Origin: Anthoceros angustus
Lineage: Eukaryota > Plantae > Anthocerotophyta
Assembly: GCA_010909165.1 (NCBI GenBank)
Contig: MU008169.1
Location: 620,001-684,000, forward strand
DNA length: 64,000 nt
Direction of reading: 5' to 3'
Made by a program: the position numbers and the translations under genes. The notes below the pieces were generated by a model, which saw only the letters and a list, made by a program, of their open reading frames with translations, did no database searches and was not told the DNA's origin. Below, piece by piece: positions 13,632 to 24,984 of the stretch; position 1 is the stretch's first letter; each line of letters begins with the position of its first letter.

Positions 13632-13772
13632 GGCCCTAAAATGGCCTTCGGCTTCGATGAGGAATGTTGAATGTTGCTACCTAAAATACTACCTATGTAC
13701 AAGCCCTAAATGGCCTTCGGCTTCGATGAGGAATGTTGAATGTTGCTACCTAAAATACCACCTATGTACAAG
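13632..13772. repeat. About 69-bp tandem duplication upstream of the saposin gene
   Basis: gccctaaa(a)tggccttcggcttcgatgaggaatgttgaatgttgctacctaaaatac(t/c)acctatgtacaa occurs twice. A second ~45-bp duplication lies at about 13264-13345. Confidence 0.9.
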
Positions 13773-13894
13773 CGCAGAAAGTTGGTTAATTACGGCGTAT
13801 TTATACCCAACAGTTGCGACGGGATTAGCCAGTTGCGCAAGCGAGTGCTGTCCCGTTGTGTGTTAAGTAGGGGCCAGCTGGAAGGAAGAACTCG

Positions 13895-14887
13895 ATGAGC
13901 GCAAGGTCGGTGGCGATGGCGAGGGCGATGGGGATGCCGAGGTCGATGGCGATGGCGGTCGGGCTGTCGCCGTTGCTGGTGTGCGTGTTCTTTGTGGCGT
14001 GCCTGGCGAACGGGGAGATGGAGGTGTCGGTGGCCCTGCCGGGACAGAAGCCGTCGATCTCGAAGCCGGGGATCAGGCAGGTGGTGGCGGGAGCCGGGGA
14101 GGAGTATTTGGTGCTGCCGGCAGGAAGCTCGCCGGACTACATGTGCCAGGTGTGCATGGAGCTTGCGGCGCAGGCGCAGCAGGTGCTATCGGATCCCGAC
14201 CTGGAGGAGGCGGCCGCGTCCTATGTGGAGGGGCATGCGTGCGGGCGGGTGCCGCAGCCGAGCCTGCGGCAGAAATGTGTGGGGATGGTGGAGGAGTACA
14301 TGCCGAATGTTTTCGTGGCCCTCAAGAACTACGCGGAGCCGGAGAGCCTGTGCGTGAGTTCAGGGTTTTGCGGCCAAAAGAAGACGATCCTGAGGCAGAA
14401 GAAGGATCCTAGTGTGTGCACCATCTGCCACGACTTGGCTTCCAGCGCGCTGGAGTTCTTACAGGCTAACAGGACCACGACGGACGTCGTCAACGCTCTG
14501 CACAAGGTGTGCAGCAAGCTGCAGGATTTGAAGCAGGAGTGCGACCTGCTGGTGGACGTTTATGCACCAGAGCTCATCCGGCGCTTGAGCGACACCACAC
14601 CCGACGAATTCTGTCAGCAGACGAGGCTCTGCTCGGATGTGTATCTGTTGGATGCCAAGGATTGCCAGATCTGCCAGTTTGTCATCCTGGAGCTGAAGTT
14701 GAAGCTCAAGGATCCGGCCTTGCAGGACAAGCTTCTGGACTTACTCACCAAGAGCTGCTCCAAGGTGCCTAACCATGTGGAGGAATGCAAGCTGATCATA
14801 CAACAATACGTTCCTTTCATTCTGGCCAATCTGGACACCATGCTGGATGGGAACGCTCTTTGCACTAGGATGGGAGCTTGTCCTTAG
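13895..14887 (+). CDS. Secreted prosaposin-like protein with three saposin B domains, intronless
   Basis: Hydrophobic signal peptide (LSPLLVCVFFVACLA). Three 6-Cys SapB domains: CQVC...C...C..MVEEYMP...LC..SGFC; CTIC...VC...EC..LVDVYAP...FCQQTRLC; CQIC...SC...EC..IIQQYVP...LCTRMGAC. Confidence 0.9.
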   Translation: MSARSVAMARAMGMPRSMAMAVGLSPLLVCVFFVACLANGEMEVSVALPGQKPSISKPGIRQVVAGAGEEYLVLPAGSSPDYMCQVCMELAAQAQQVLSDPDLEEAAASYVEGHACGRVPQPSLRQKCVGMVEEYMPNVFVALKNYAEPESLCVSSGFCGQKKTILRQKKDPSVCTICHDLASSALEFLQANRTTTDVVNALHKVCSKLQDLKQECDLLVDVYAPELIRRLSDTTPDEFCQQTRLCSDVYLLDAKDCQICQFVILELKLKLKDPALQDKLLDLLTKSCSKVPNHVEECKLIIQQYVPFILANLDTMLDGNALCTRMGACP

Positions 14888-15328
14888 AGTTTGCTGTAGT
14901 AGATGGATTTCTCTGATGCGCTAGGGCTTCCCCGCTGGCGGATAATATAATATTTGTTTGCACACAGGTCAGATGGTGTATAAGCCGTTTCCCGGTCGGT
15001 CGCGCATCTTCACTGACTCGGCTTATGCATCATCTGATTCTGGGGTAGGGGCTGTAGGATATGTGCTTGATAGAACGTCTGTCAGTGACTCTTACGTGGT
15101 GTTGAGATTTTGTAGGATTCTAATTTCTGTGTGCTGATTCCCATTTCTGTGTGCTTGTTTGTGAATAAGCAGACTCATGCTGATGTCTCCTCATGTTCTA
15201 TTGTACTGTACTCTGTCTTAGTGTGTGAAAATTTCGGAAGTGTGAGTTTCGCAGCGGGCTTGACAGACACTCGCAGCAATAGGAAGAAGAACCCTGCAAA
15301 AGCGCAGGTCCCTCCTCCGAGGCATTCA

Positions 15329-18300
15329 TCAGAGTTCTTTGAACATTTGAGTTTTCTTCAGCGCCAAGACTACACTACACAGCAGCTCATGCAGTTCTTT
15401 GTCAGGACAGTCTCCCACCTGGAAAGTGTGTTTGTGGTGGCGATGCACAATCCAGGTCCGGCCAGGCTCCTTCCATACACGTGCCCTAATTCTCGACTTA
15501 GCCACCTCGTCCGCACGTCCTAGGAGTCCAGCGTCGGCATAGATTTGGGACATGAGAACATATGCAGCAGCGTGGTTGGGTTGTAGACGTACAGCAGAGC
15601 TGAAAGCCTGTTCTCCCATCACGATGTTGCCGTGCTTCCGGCAGGCAGCCAGCAGGCACATCCATGTAGGCAGATCAGGCTGCATGGGCATGGAGGATAG
15701 AATCTTTTCCACTCTCTCAAAGCATCCTGCCCGACCGAAGAGATCAATCATACTCACATAGTGTTGGATCTCCGGCGTGATGCCATGGTCTCTGCACATG
15801 GATTCGAAGAACTCAATGCCTTCGTCCAAAAGGCCGGCGTGACTGCATGCAGAGAGAAGGGAAACAAACGTGATGCTAGTAGGGTTCACTCCCGCCAGCT
15901 GCATTTCCTGATAGCACTGTAAGGCCTCCTGAGCGAGCCCATGCTGTCCGTAGGCTGTTATCATGACAGTCCATGTGACCACATCTCTGGTTTTCAGATT
16001 CTTGAACACTTGGCTGGCGTCCTCTAAACTCCCACACTTGGCATACATGTCCACCAGGCAGTTGGTGATAACCACATCTGATTCTAGCTCTCGTTCTCGA
16101 ATCTGGGAGTGAAGCTGCTTTCCTTGGTGTAACGCTCCGATGCTGCCACATGCTTTCAGGAGGCTCACAAATGTGACGTGATCAGCTGGAGTGATGGCCT
16201 CCTCTTGCATCATGGCGTGGAGTGCGAGTGCTTCCTGCCCAAGCCCCTGGTCACAATATCCCTTTAGCATAGCACTCCAGGAGACGACATCCTTTGTTGC
16301 CAGATTGTCAAACACCTTGCGTGCATCGTCTAAGCTCCCACATTTTGCGTACATTTCAACCAGACAACTCCCAACAGCCACATCAAGGTCAAGTCCTCTT
16401 TCCTGGAATTGAGTGTGGAGCTGCTTTCCCTCATCTAATGCTCCAAGGTTGGCACACGCTTTGAGGAGGCAAACAAAGGTGGCATGATCAGCTGGACTTG
16501 TGCACTCGTGTTCCATACTTTTGGAAAGCACAAGGGCTTCTTGGAAGAACCCATGGAGGACATACCCTCCAAGCATGGCATTCCAGGTTACTAAATTCTT
16601 TGCACCCAAATGATCGAATACACTTCGAGCCTTATCAAGGCTCCCACACTTTGCATAGATGTCCACCAAGCAGCTCCCCAGAACGACATCCGATTCAAAT
16701 CCGTTTTCCACAACCTGGGCATGCAGTTGCTTCCCCATATCCAGTGCTCCTATGCTGGCACATGCTTTAAGGAGGCAGACAAAGGTGACACGATCGGCTG
16801 GAGGAATGCCCTCTTCTTGCATGGTGGCATAGAGATTGAGGGCTTCATCGCCTAGCCCATGCTCTGCATACCCCGCAAGCATGGCATTCCATGTAACCAC
16901 ACTTCTTGTGGGTAAACTGTCAAAGACCATGCGAGCATCATCCAAGTGGCCACATTTCGAGTACATGTCCACCAGGCAACCCCCAACAACCTCGTCAGCG
17001 TCAAGTCCTCTTTCTCGAATCTGAGAATGAAGCTGAATACCTTGGTGTAAGGCCCCAATAGAATTACACGCTTTAAGGAGGCACACAAAAGTAATTTGGT
17101 CAGATGGAGTCAGGCCCTCGTCCTGCATCTGCGAATACAGTGCAAGGGCTTCTTGACCAAGTCCCTGCTCTGCATATCCTGCAAGCATACAAGTCCATGT
17201 AACAACATTGCGTGATGTCAAATTGTCAAACACCCTGCGGGCATCAACCAGACTTCCACATTTTGCATACATGTCGACAAGGCAGCTCCCAACAACCACA
17301 TCGGCTTGCAGGGATTTCTCTTTAGCTTGAGCATGCAGCTGTTTCCCCATGTCTAATGCTCCAAGGGCCGCACATGCTTTCAGCAAGCAAATCAATGTGA
17401 CACGGTCAGCTGGAGTTACAGCCTCCTTCTGCATATCAGCATACAAAGCAAGGGTTTCCTGACCAAGCCCTTGCTGCGCATATCCTGCAAGCATGGCAGT
17501 CCATGTCACCACATTTCTTGTTTCCAATTTGTCGAAAACCTTGCGAGCATCATCCAAACTCCCACATTTTGCATACAAGTCCACCAGGCAGCTGCCCACA
17601 ATGACGTCAGCTTCAAGTCCTCTTTCCTGGATCTGCCTATGAAGGTGCTTTCCCTCTTGCAACGCTCCAGTGCTTGCACATGCTTTGAGGAGGCACACAA
17701 ACGTAACTGGATCAGCTGGAATAAGGCCCTCCTCCTCCATACGCCCATACAGAGCAAGTGCTTCCTGGGCAAGCCCGTGCTCAGCATATCCTGCAAGCAT
17801 GGCAGTCCATGTCACCACATTTCTTGTGGCTAAATCGTCAAAGACTCTACGGGCATCCTCTAAGCTCCCGCATTTAGCATACATGTCCACCAAGCAGCTC
17901 CCAACAAACACATCATGCTCAGCTGCACTTCTCAAAAGGTCACCATGGACCCTCCTGCCTGATACCAAATCCGCGGCACAGGCACATGCTTTAAGAACTG
18001 CCACGAATACATGGTTATCCGGCATCACTCTTGATTGCTGCATCTGCAAATATAGCTTCACAGCCTGTGTGGACTGCCCATGCTCCACATGTGCCAGTAT
18101 AATGGAAGACCAGGAATGGGCGTTTGGAGCAACCAGTTTGCGGAAGACGTGCAACGCTTCCTGCAACCTTCCATGGCATGCATACATGCCGATGACATGG
18201 TTGGCCAGAAATCTGTCCGACTGGTACCCATTTCTGACAGCCAAAGCATGTACAACCTCGCCAACGACGAGATTGCTCGAAGTGCATCTCTTGATGAGCC

Positions 18301-18460
18301 CACAGAACAGAGATGAAGGAACAAAAGCTCCTCGGTGCACAAGAAGGTCCAAGGTTTGTACATCTTCACGAAGCTCTCCCTCGTCACAAACTTCGCTCCA
18401 GGCTCCGAGGCGTAATTTATCCTGAAACTCCACGACCCTGCAACATCGAGGGTCCGCCAA
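15329..18460 (-). CDS. PLS-class PPR protein with E1/E2 and a PG-box/E+ end but no deaminase active site; organellar RNA-editing specificity factor
   Basis: Repeated P1 (VVTWTAMLAGYAEHG), L1 (VTFVCLLKACA) and S1 (VGSCLVDMYAKCG) triplets, then P2-L2-S2 (LSACSHAGL, HYVSMIDLFGRAG), E1/E2 and WKEPGRTWI. Ends without HxE/CxxC. The ORF starts at TTG; the true ATG is probably upstream (18641, a transit-peptide-like ORF in another frame), joined by an intron or a frameshift. Confidence 0.92.
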   Translation of the reverse strand: MADPRCCRVVEFQDKLRLGAWSEVCDEGELREDVQTLDLLVHRGAFVPSSLFCGLIKRCTSSNLVVGEVVHALAVRNGYQSDRFLANHVIGMYACHGRLQEALHVFRKLVAPNAHSWSSIILAHVEHGQSTQAVKLYLQMQQSRVMPDNHVFVAVLKACACAADLVSGRRVHGDLLRSAAEHDVFVGSCLVDMYAKCGSLEDARRVFDDLATRNVVTWTAMLAGYAEHGLAQEALALYGRMEEEGLIPADPVTFVCLLKACASTGALQEGKHLHRQIQERGLEADVIVGSCLVDLYAKCGSLDDARKVFDKLETRNVVTWTAMLAGYAQQGLGQETLALYADMQKEAVTPADRVTLICLLKACAALGALDMGKQLHAQAKEKSLQADVVVGSCLVDMYAKCGSLVDARRVFDNLTSRNVVTWTCMLAGYAEQGLGQEALALYSQMQDEGLTPSDQITFVCLLKACNSIGALHQGIQLHSQIRERGLDADEVVGGCLVDMYSKCGHLDDARMVFDSLPTRSVVTWNAMLAGYAEHGLGDEALNLYATMQEEGIPPADRVTFVCLLKACASIGALDMGKQLHAQVVENGFESDVVLGSCLVDIYAKCGSLDKARSVFDHLGAKNLVTWNAMLGGYVLHGFFQEALVLSKSMEHECTSPADHATFVCLLKACANLGALDEGKQLHTQFQERGLDLDVAVGSCLVEMYAKCGSLDDARKVFDNLATKDVVSWSAMLKGYCDQGLGQEALALHAMMQEEAITPADHVTFVSLLKACGSIGALHQGKQLHSQIRERELESDVVITNCLVDMYAKCGSLEDASQVFKNLKTRDVVTWTVMITAYGQHGLAQEALQCYQEMQLAGVNPTSITFVSLLSACSHAGLLDEGIEFFESMCRDHGITPEIQHYVSMIDLFGRAGCFERVEKILSSMPMQPDLPTWMCLLAACRKHGNIVMGEQAFSSAVRLQPNHAAAYVLMSQIYADAGLLGRADEVAKSRIRARVWKEPGRTWIVHRHHKHTFQVGDCPDKELHELLCSVVLALKKTQMFKEL

Positions 18461-19090
18461 GTATAAGACGCTTGAACCACCTGTTCCCCACCACCCGATC
18501 TACGAAGTCCCGGGACAGTCGGAAACCCAACAACAAACCGAAAAAAACAGAGAAATTTTGAGACCTTCTGAGTTCAAGTCCTGGCTGAGACGACACTCTA
18601 CATGCACCAAAAGTTCTTGCTGGCTGCAGCGCACGCCGCATAGATCACCTCCTCGGCAACGCTGATCCCTTGCTGCGGTTTCCCCACACTCGGAACCAAT
18701 TAATAATGCCTCCGCGGAAAGCTTTCAACAGGGCGGGTTTAAGAGCGCTACACCGATCGGAAGGACATGAAGGACAAAACCTCACAACACAAATCCCGTC
18801 ATGTGTGCTAATCTGGACTTCACCAGCTCCTGTCATGCGAGGGCGAGACAAAATTTGATTCAAACATATGCCATCGTTATTCACATTACATCTTCTCTTG
18901 TGCAGTGAGCATCACTTTGACCCCTCTATCCACACGTTACACCATGCAAACCTCCGACGGACGGTGAGAATCCAAGATCAACAACTTGGAACTCCGAAGC
19001 TCAGTTGTGCAACCCCGTCCGGAGATAAAGCAAGAATGAAGCCCTTCAGGCAACGACGTAAGAAGTGACCATTTCTCTTCCATCCTTCCT

Positions 19091-19429
19091 TCAGATGAGC
19101 TGGATCCCATTTTCTCTCAAGCTGTCGATGAGCGCTTTCACCTTGCCATGGTACGACTGCTCCTTCCTCAGCACACAGCACACGGCAGGGATGTCCTTGA
19201 GCTTGAGGCGCTCAGCTAGGATGGAACCGACCTTGGTTGCCGCAGCCACATCATGGGTTTTCAGCCCTTCAGCCAGGAACTGGTTCTTCAGTCTTTTCTC
19301 CTGCGAGCTTGCCGCCACTGACACATGCATGGTAGGCGTGTGGATCACCTGTGCTGTCACATACTTGTTGGAGAAGTAAAGGCGCAGCCTGTAAGGCTTC
19401 AGATACTGCGTGATCCTTGGAGCGGACAT
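19091..19429 (-). CDS. Organellar (probably mitochondrial) ribosomal protein uL18-like
   Basis: MSAPRITQYLKPYRLRLYFSNKYVTAQVIH...AASSQEK...DVAAATKVGSILAERL...YHGKVKALIDSLRENGI matches the L18p/L5e family pattern. ATG at 19429. Confidence 0.9.
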   Translation of the reverse strand: MSAPRITQYLKPYRLRLYFSNKYVTAQVIHTPTMHVSVAASSQEKRLKNQFLAEGLKTHDVAAATKVGSILAERLKLKDIPAVCCVLRKEQSYHGKVKALIDSLRENGIQLI

Positions 19430-19523
19430 GGGAACAAACGCCGAAACCAGCACGAATTGCAACACCCGTTAGAATCCTTCCTTCCTTTCTCCACGCTGTG
19501 TCCCCCTGCAACGAGGGGATGCG

Positions 19524-19532
19524 AAACCCTAA
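19524..19532 (+). promoter_or_regulatory. Telo-box in the 231-bp divergent promoter between uL18-like and VMA21
   Basis: AAACCCTAA present; telo-boxes are typical of plant ribosomal-protein promoters. Confidence 0.5.
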
Positions 19533-19660
19533 TATTCCTCAGAATGCCCTGCTTCAGGAACGTCAAGCTAAAAGGTCAGAGAGAAATTGATACACTTACA
19601 GTATGTTACCTGAGGAAGCAGGGTGAGGTTGTTTAGAGCCTGTCCGAGGACTTGTTTGCC

Positions 19661-19996
19661 ATGGCTGCAAGTCAGGTCTTCGCGAGATTTGGCCTCACTT
19701 CCCTTGCCATGTGGGCGCTGCCGCTCTGCGTTCTGTTCGCCTTCAACAATAATTGGCTACCAGGAGTTAGAGATCTCTCAACGGAAACACACACGCTGTT
19801 AAGCGGATTCCTTGCGGTGCTGACAGTGAACGTAGTGATTGGGTTCTACATCTATCTGGCACTGAAAGACCCTCCAACGGCGTCGGCCCCGCAGCCGGAT
19901 CCAGCTTACGAAGCGCGGACTAGGGCCAGCTTGGGATCTCCCAGCTCCGCCAGGACGCCATCACTCCAAGCAGAAGGGGACAAGAAATCAGATTAG
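19661..19996 (+). CDS. VMA21: V-ATPase assembly factor VMA21-like
   Basis: Two TM segments, LLSGFLAVLTVNVVIGFYIYLALKDP motif, C-terminal KKxx ER-retrieval signal (KKSD). Confidence 0.88.
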   Translation: MAASQVFARFGLTSLAMWALPLCVLFAFNNNWLPGVRDLSTETHTLLSGFLAVLTVNVVIGFYIYLALKDPPTASAPQPDPAYEARTRASLGSPSSARTPSLQAEGDKKSD

Positions 19997-21055
19997 CACA
20001 ATTCAGGACCTTAGTATTGTGAGATTCATCCTTTCAGTGCGGCACTTTGGCATTACAAGGCTTCTGTTTTCTTGGCCATGGTCAGCTAGGGTAACTGTGT
20101 TCACGTTTGAAGCAACTCCGATTAGGACGCCGAGGTCATACGACTTGTTGGTTTTCATGTGGTGATTTGACCCGTCACTTGAAAAATTCCATCGTTGATA
20201 CTTCACTTGAGTTGCTTTTACTGATAGGTCGCAATATGTGACGGCCAGCTTCTCGCTGTGCTCACAGAGATATGCCTGCCGATGATGAGTGGAGAAGTGG
20301 TTTTATCTTCAATGTGGAAAAGTGAGCCTCTTCCCTAGAATGCTCCTCATCCACAGCCAAGGACCCTGTCCATCGAGTTCTGCCCACCAGCTCTGGCCTG
20401 GCTGCTTCCATGCCCTGATGTGCCTGCTCCCAGATCAAGACACCGGTGTCTGTGTCCAGCATCCACACACAAAAGTCACACGAAGCCGTCCGACCTCCAT
20501 TTCGACAAGCACCCGATACAAGCCGTGAAATAGGCAAGAACAGTTACCATCACCGATGCTCACTGCACAGCACAGACTACAGTTTCTCAGCCTCCCGCAT
20601 TCTCAAAGCTCGATTGGTGGTTCTGTGCCAATGGACGAGGTTGGTTGAAGGTCGTTTCCGTGAACAAGACAAACAAACAAAGCCACTGATTTGCATGGCT
20701 GAAAAAAGTTTGAAATAATTCTTGCCAGGGGCTTTAGACCCGGATTTCATGCAAATCAAATATGCATGCAACAAATCTCAGTGAAGACTGAGCATACTAT
20801 CTCAGATCCTGTTCAATCTGGAGAACCGTGTGACACCCTCAAGAAGCAGCTTCAATTAACTGCACAGCTTGAAGACTGTATGTAATACATGGTGTGCACC
20901 TGACTAAGGCCTGCAACAATCGAACATAGAGTCCTCCTCCTCGATACAGGCCGATGAATTGAGAAAAACACTGGCAGATGCTGTGCCCGTCAATTCCATG
21001 CCAAGAGCATCGGAGTCGAACATCCATCCTCAATGCCACATCCCACTTAACCGGA

Positions 21056-21292
21056 TCAGACAAACACGCCGGTCCACAGCAGCAAAAACAAGCTTCCGAA
21101 GCCGAGGAAGAAAGACGACACCACAGCCGTGACCAGCTCCCGCTTCAAGCTCCGGCTGGCCTTGGAGCTGGTGGCCTGGTAGACGAAGAAGGAGGCGGAG
21201 GAGACGATGCCGAGCGTCAACAGCAACACCGCCAAGGCAGAAAACAAGACCTGCGGCACGGGGCTCGTCAGGGGAGATCCCACATCCGCCAT
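21056..21292 (-). CDS. Oligosaccharyltransferase subunit OST5/TMEM258-like (78 aa)
   Basis: SPVPQVLFSALAVLLLTLG...FFVYQATSSKASRSLKRELVTAVVSSFFLGFGSLFLLLWTGVFV fits the TMEM258 family pattern. Confidence 0.88.
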   Translation of the reverse strand: MADVGSPLTSPVPQVLFSALAVLLLTLGIVSSASFFVYQATSSKASRSLKRELVTAVVSSFFLGFGSLFLLLWTGVFV

Positions 21293-21345
21293 CGCCTTGC
21301 TCTGCTTGATCGACGGATCCGCTCGAACTCCAACCGCCCTAAGTG

Positions 21346-21447
21346 GCTTCCACAGCGTCACGCTCCGAACGGCCTTCACAGTTTCACGCTTTCGAAGGGC
21401 CTTCAGAGTTTCACGCTTCGAATGGCCTTCACCGTTCCACGCTCCGG
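21346..21447. repeat. About 25-bp tandem repeat x4 in the OST5/CYP59 divergent promoter
   Basis: Approximate unit ggccttcacagtttcacgctt(t)cgaa, with variants. Confidence 0.8.
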
Positions 21448-21570
21448 TTGCCCTAGAACTCCATTACTCCCGACCTGAGCATATAGTTATACTACCCGGT
21501 CGACGGGCAGTTGACTGGCTAATTTGAAACCGGGAGAGAGCAGCAGTGGCAGGCTGCAGGCACGCCCGCC

Positions 21571-24500
21571 ATGGCCGTGATGCTCACCACCAGCCTCGGG
21601 GAGATGGTGGTGGATCTCTACACCGACCTGTGCCCTGTCACCTGCAAGAATTTCCTCAAGCTTTGCAAGTACGGCACTGCCAGCTCTGTTTGATGGGTGG
21701 TTGCAATTGTAGCTCTGACGCAATTCGTGTGCTTTGATGGATGACGGCAATGGGGTGTTTGTGGGAGGAGGCGTGCGGTGTGGTTTAGGGGTTCTGATGG
21801 ACTTGGGTGCATTCTGCAGAATCAAGTATTACAACAATTGCCTTTTTCACTCGGTTCAGAAGGATTTCATTGCCCAGACTGGTGATCCTACAGGGACTGG
21901 GACGGGCGGGGAGTCGGTGTACTCGTAAGAATTTAACTGGGAGCGTCGTAATTTTGCCTGGATTTCCCTTGCTTGGCTCATCAGCTTGAGATGTGTTGGG
22001 TTTCTGTGGCAGACTTCTGTATGGAGAGCAAGCCAGATTTTTTGACGATGAGATTAGGCCAAAACTTAAGCATGACAAGATTGGTGTGGTTGCCATGGCA
22101 AGTGGAGGGGAGAACCTCAATGCCTCGCAGGTGCTCGGTGCTGGAATAAGGGATTTGTTTTTTTTTTTTCGCTTTCTTAGAGTTTGTTGTGCTTAACCCA
22201 GGCCCATGCGGTTGCAGTTTTACTTTACAACTCGAGCAGACATTGACTATCTTGATGGCAAGCATACTGTAAGTCACTTGCAAATTGTGGTCTTGTAGCT
22301 AACTGCGTGCCGGGGGTTTTTTTTTTCCCCTCCAGTCTTGAAACTGAACTTTTGGGGAGACTTGCTGTACAGATATTTGGAGAGATTGCGGAGGGCCTTG
22401 AGACTCTCATGCGGATCAATGAAGCTTATGTTGATGAGAAGGGCCGTCCCTACAAGAACATCAGGTTTGCTTGGATCCTCTAAACTCCAGTTCTTGCGCA
22501 GTTTAGGGGATGGCTCACAGCTTATGCTATGACTCAGGCCACAGAGCATGGTCATGGGGTGCTTTAAGGCTATGTGGTTTTTACACTGTTCTTGGTTGTG
22601 CACTGGTGATCAGAGGGAAGAGAACTGAGTAGCCATGGTTCATGTTGGAAGCAGGATAAAGCACACGTACATAGTGGATGATCCCTTCGATGATCCTCCA
22701 GAACTTGCTGGCCTAATCCCTGAAAGGTCTCCAGAGCTCAAGCCCCCGGGAGAGGTACAATTCTAGCCTAATAGCACTATGACTCCAAGCTCAGTTTTTT
22801 TCTCGTACAAGACAGTGAAGTGGGTCGTTGGAACCCTTAACGTTTTTGTTCCTATGTACTGTGTGCATCAGGGAGAGGAAGTGAGACTGGAGGATGACTG
22901 GGTACCCATGGATGAACAGCAAGACCCAGAGGAGCTAGAACAATCGCTACGGAGGAAAGAGGCTCATTCCCGTGCCGTTGTTCTCGAGATGGTTCGTATG
23001 GAAGCAATACGAGCAACTATCCATCCATTGCGTATGGTGTATGTCTGGTTCCTCATATTACTTTCTTCTGGTGCATTCAGATTGGTGACATTCCTGAAGC
23101 AGAGGTAAAACCTCCAGAGAATGTGCTCTTCGTATGTAAGCTCAACCCTGTGACACAGGTAAGATGTGCTAGGAATTGATGTTGATCCCAAGCGTGATGG
23201 CTGTTGGTTCGAAGTATTTACTTTCTTATCCGGGTTGCTGCAGGATGAAGATCTTGAAATCATATTCGCAAGATTTGGGAAAGTTGTCTCGTATGAGCCT
23301 TCTGAACCCCATGTGCTTCATAGTCGTGGAAGTTTTGTATCTCATTCTCGAGACTTTTCAAGATGGCATGCTGTCTCCTTACCTGTGCCTCGCCACTCTC
23401 ATGACAGGGCTGATATCATCCGGGACTACAAGACAGGAGATAGCCTGTGTTATGCATTCATTGGTGAGGTTTGTGAGCACTAGCTACAGGTTCGAGCAGG
23501 ACCTGTGAGTCCCTTTCTTGTCTCACCTCGTGGTCCATTTGCATTTTCCAGAGTTCGAGACGCAGGAAGCCTGCGAAGCTGCCTATTTCAAGGTAAAACC
23601 TTTCACCCATAAAAACGTCGTATGCAAACACTAATTATGTCCTGTTGCGTCACCTGAAATGCCTTTGCATGCAAGGTATCGCACTGAACCTCCGTTGGTG
23701 ACTGTGTTTCCAGATGGACAACACTTTGATAGATGATCGTCGGATACATGTCGACTTCAGCCAAAGCGTGTCAAGACTATGGTCGAGATTTCGTCGGTTT
23801 GGTACCAAAGACACTGGTGAAAATGGTGAGTTAAGCAGGGATATCTTTCAGCTTTAAAGGGTGCTCCATCCACTGTGTTTGCTGCTTGCTGCTGTGCTTG
23901 CTGTGAGACGTTTGTTTGGGATGGAGATTGATCACGTGACCGAAACAGTTCTGCATGCTGTGACCCCACAGGAGTGACGAATGGCAACAAGAAGGGCTGT
24001 TTCAACTGCGGGGAGCCCGGCCATCTTGCGAGGGACTGCACCAACAAGCCCAAGGCAGCTTCCGACAATGCTGGGCCACCGGAGGCCAAGAAGTACGAAC
24101 TGAAGGCAGAGGGAGGCCAACGAGGAAACGTCGGGAAGAGGTATGACGCCATGAGAGCCCATTCAATTCACCAGTACCAACGTCCTCTTCCAACGCCCTT
24201 GTTCCCGAAACGCGTTGCCGCAGGTATGACATGCTGTTCGAGGAGCAGGAGAACGCAGAACCCGAGCCCAAACCTGCCAGTAAAGACCCCACAGACAGAC
24301 CCCCGCAGAAGACCCACGAAGACAAGCCTGCCCCTTCCAGGAAGCACGACGGGCGGCACGAGAGCCGGCACAGCAGCAGGGAGGAGGGCAGAGCGCGGCA
24401 CCGGGAGACCGACCGGGACGAGGAACAGGACAACCACTCCCGCAGGCGCCCGCGGCAGCAACCCCACAGGGACGGCCATCTCCCCCACCACCACCAGAGG

Positions 24501-24893
24501 GACCGCGACAGAGGCGTCTCGGACCGCAGCAGGGAGCGGTTCGACGACAGGCGCGACCGCGACAGAGGCGAGGACCACCGAGACAGCCGGGCCGGGCGCG
24601 ACCGAGCCCCCGGGGGCCGGGAGCGCAGGAGCTGGGAGGAGAGGGAACGGAGGGAGAGAGAGCGGAAGGAGGAGGCCCGGCTGGACCAGGAGGACCGGGA
24701 AAAGGAAGCCTTGGAATGGGAGATGCGAGATAAGAAACGAAAGGAGAAGGACAGCAGCGGCCAAGAGCAGGAGGAGAAGCAGAAGGCGGAGGCCGGTGGT
24801 GGGCGTCACGATCGGAGCGACAGCCGAGATGCGAATCGCTCCAAGAGGCGCCACAGGGAGCACCGTCGGGACTCGGGCAGGCGGGAGGATTGA
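21571..24893 (+). CDS. CYP59: Cyclophilin CYP59/PPIL4-type: PPIase + RRM + CCHC zinc knuckle + Arg/Asp/Glu-rich tail (about 14 exons)
   Basis: [17 protein letters not shown]...KNFLKLCK|[27 protein letters not shown]; NASQ|FYFT; [25 protein letters not shown]|[21 protein letters not shown]; knuckle [14 protein letters not shown]; RD/RE-rich last exon ending TGA at 24893. Confidence 0.95.
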
Positions 24894-24984
24894 TAGCGTT
24901 AGGAATCGGGCAGAGAAGACAGTGGGCATTTTCTTAGTGAAGCAATTTTGGAAGGATGTTTACCGTGTCTTTCATGTTCAAAGG

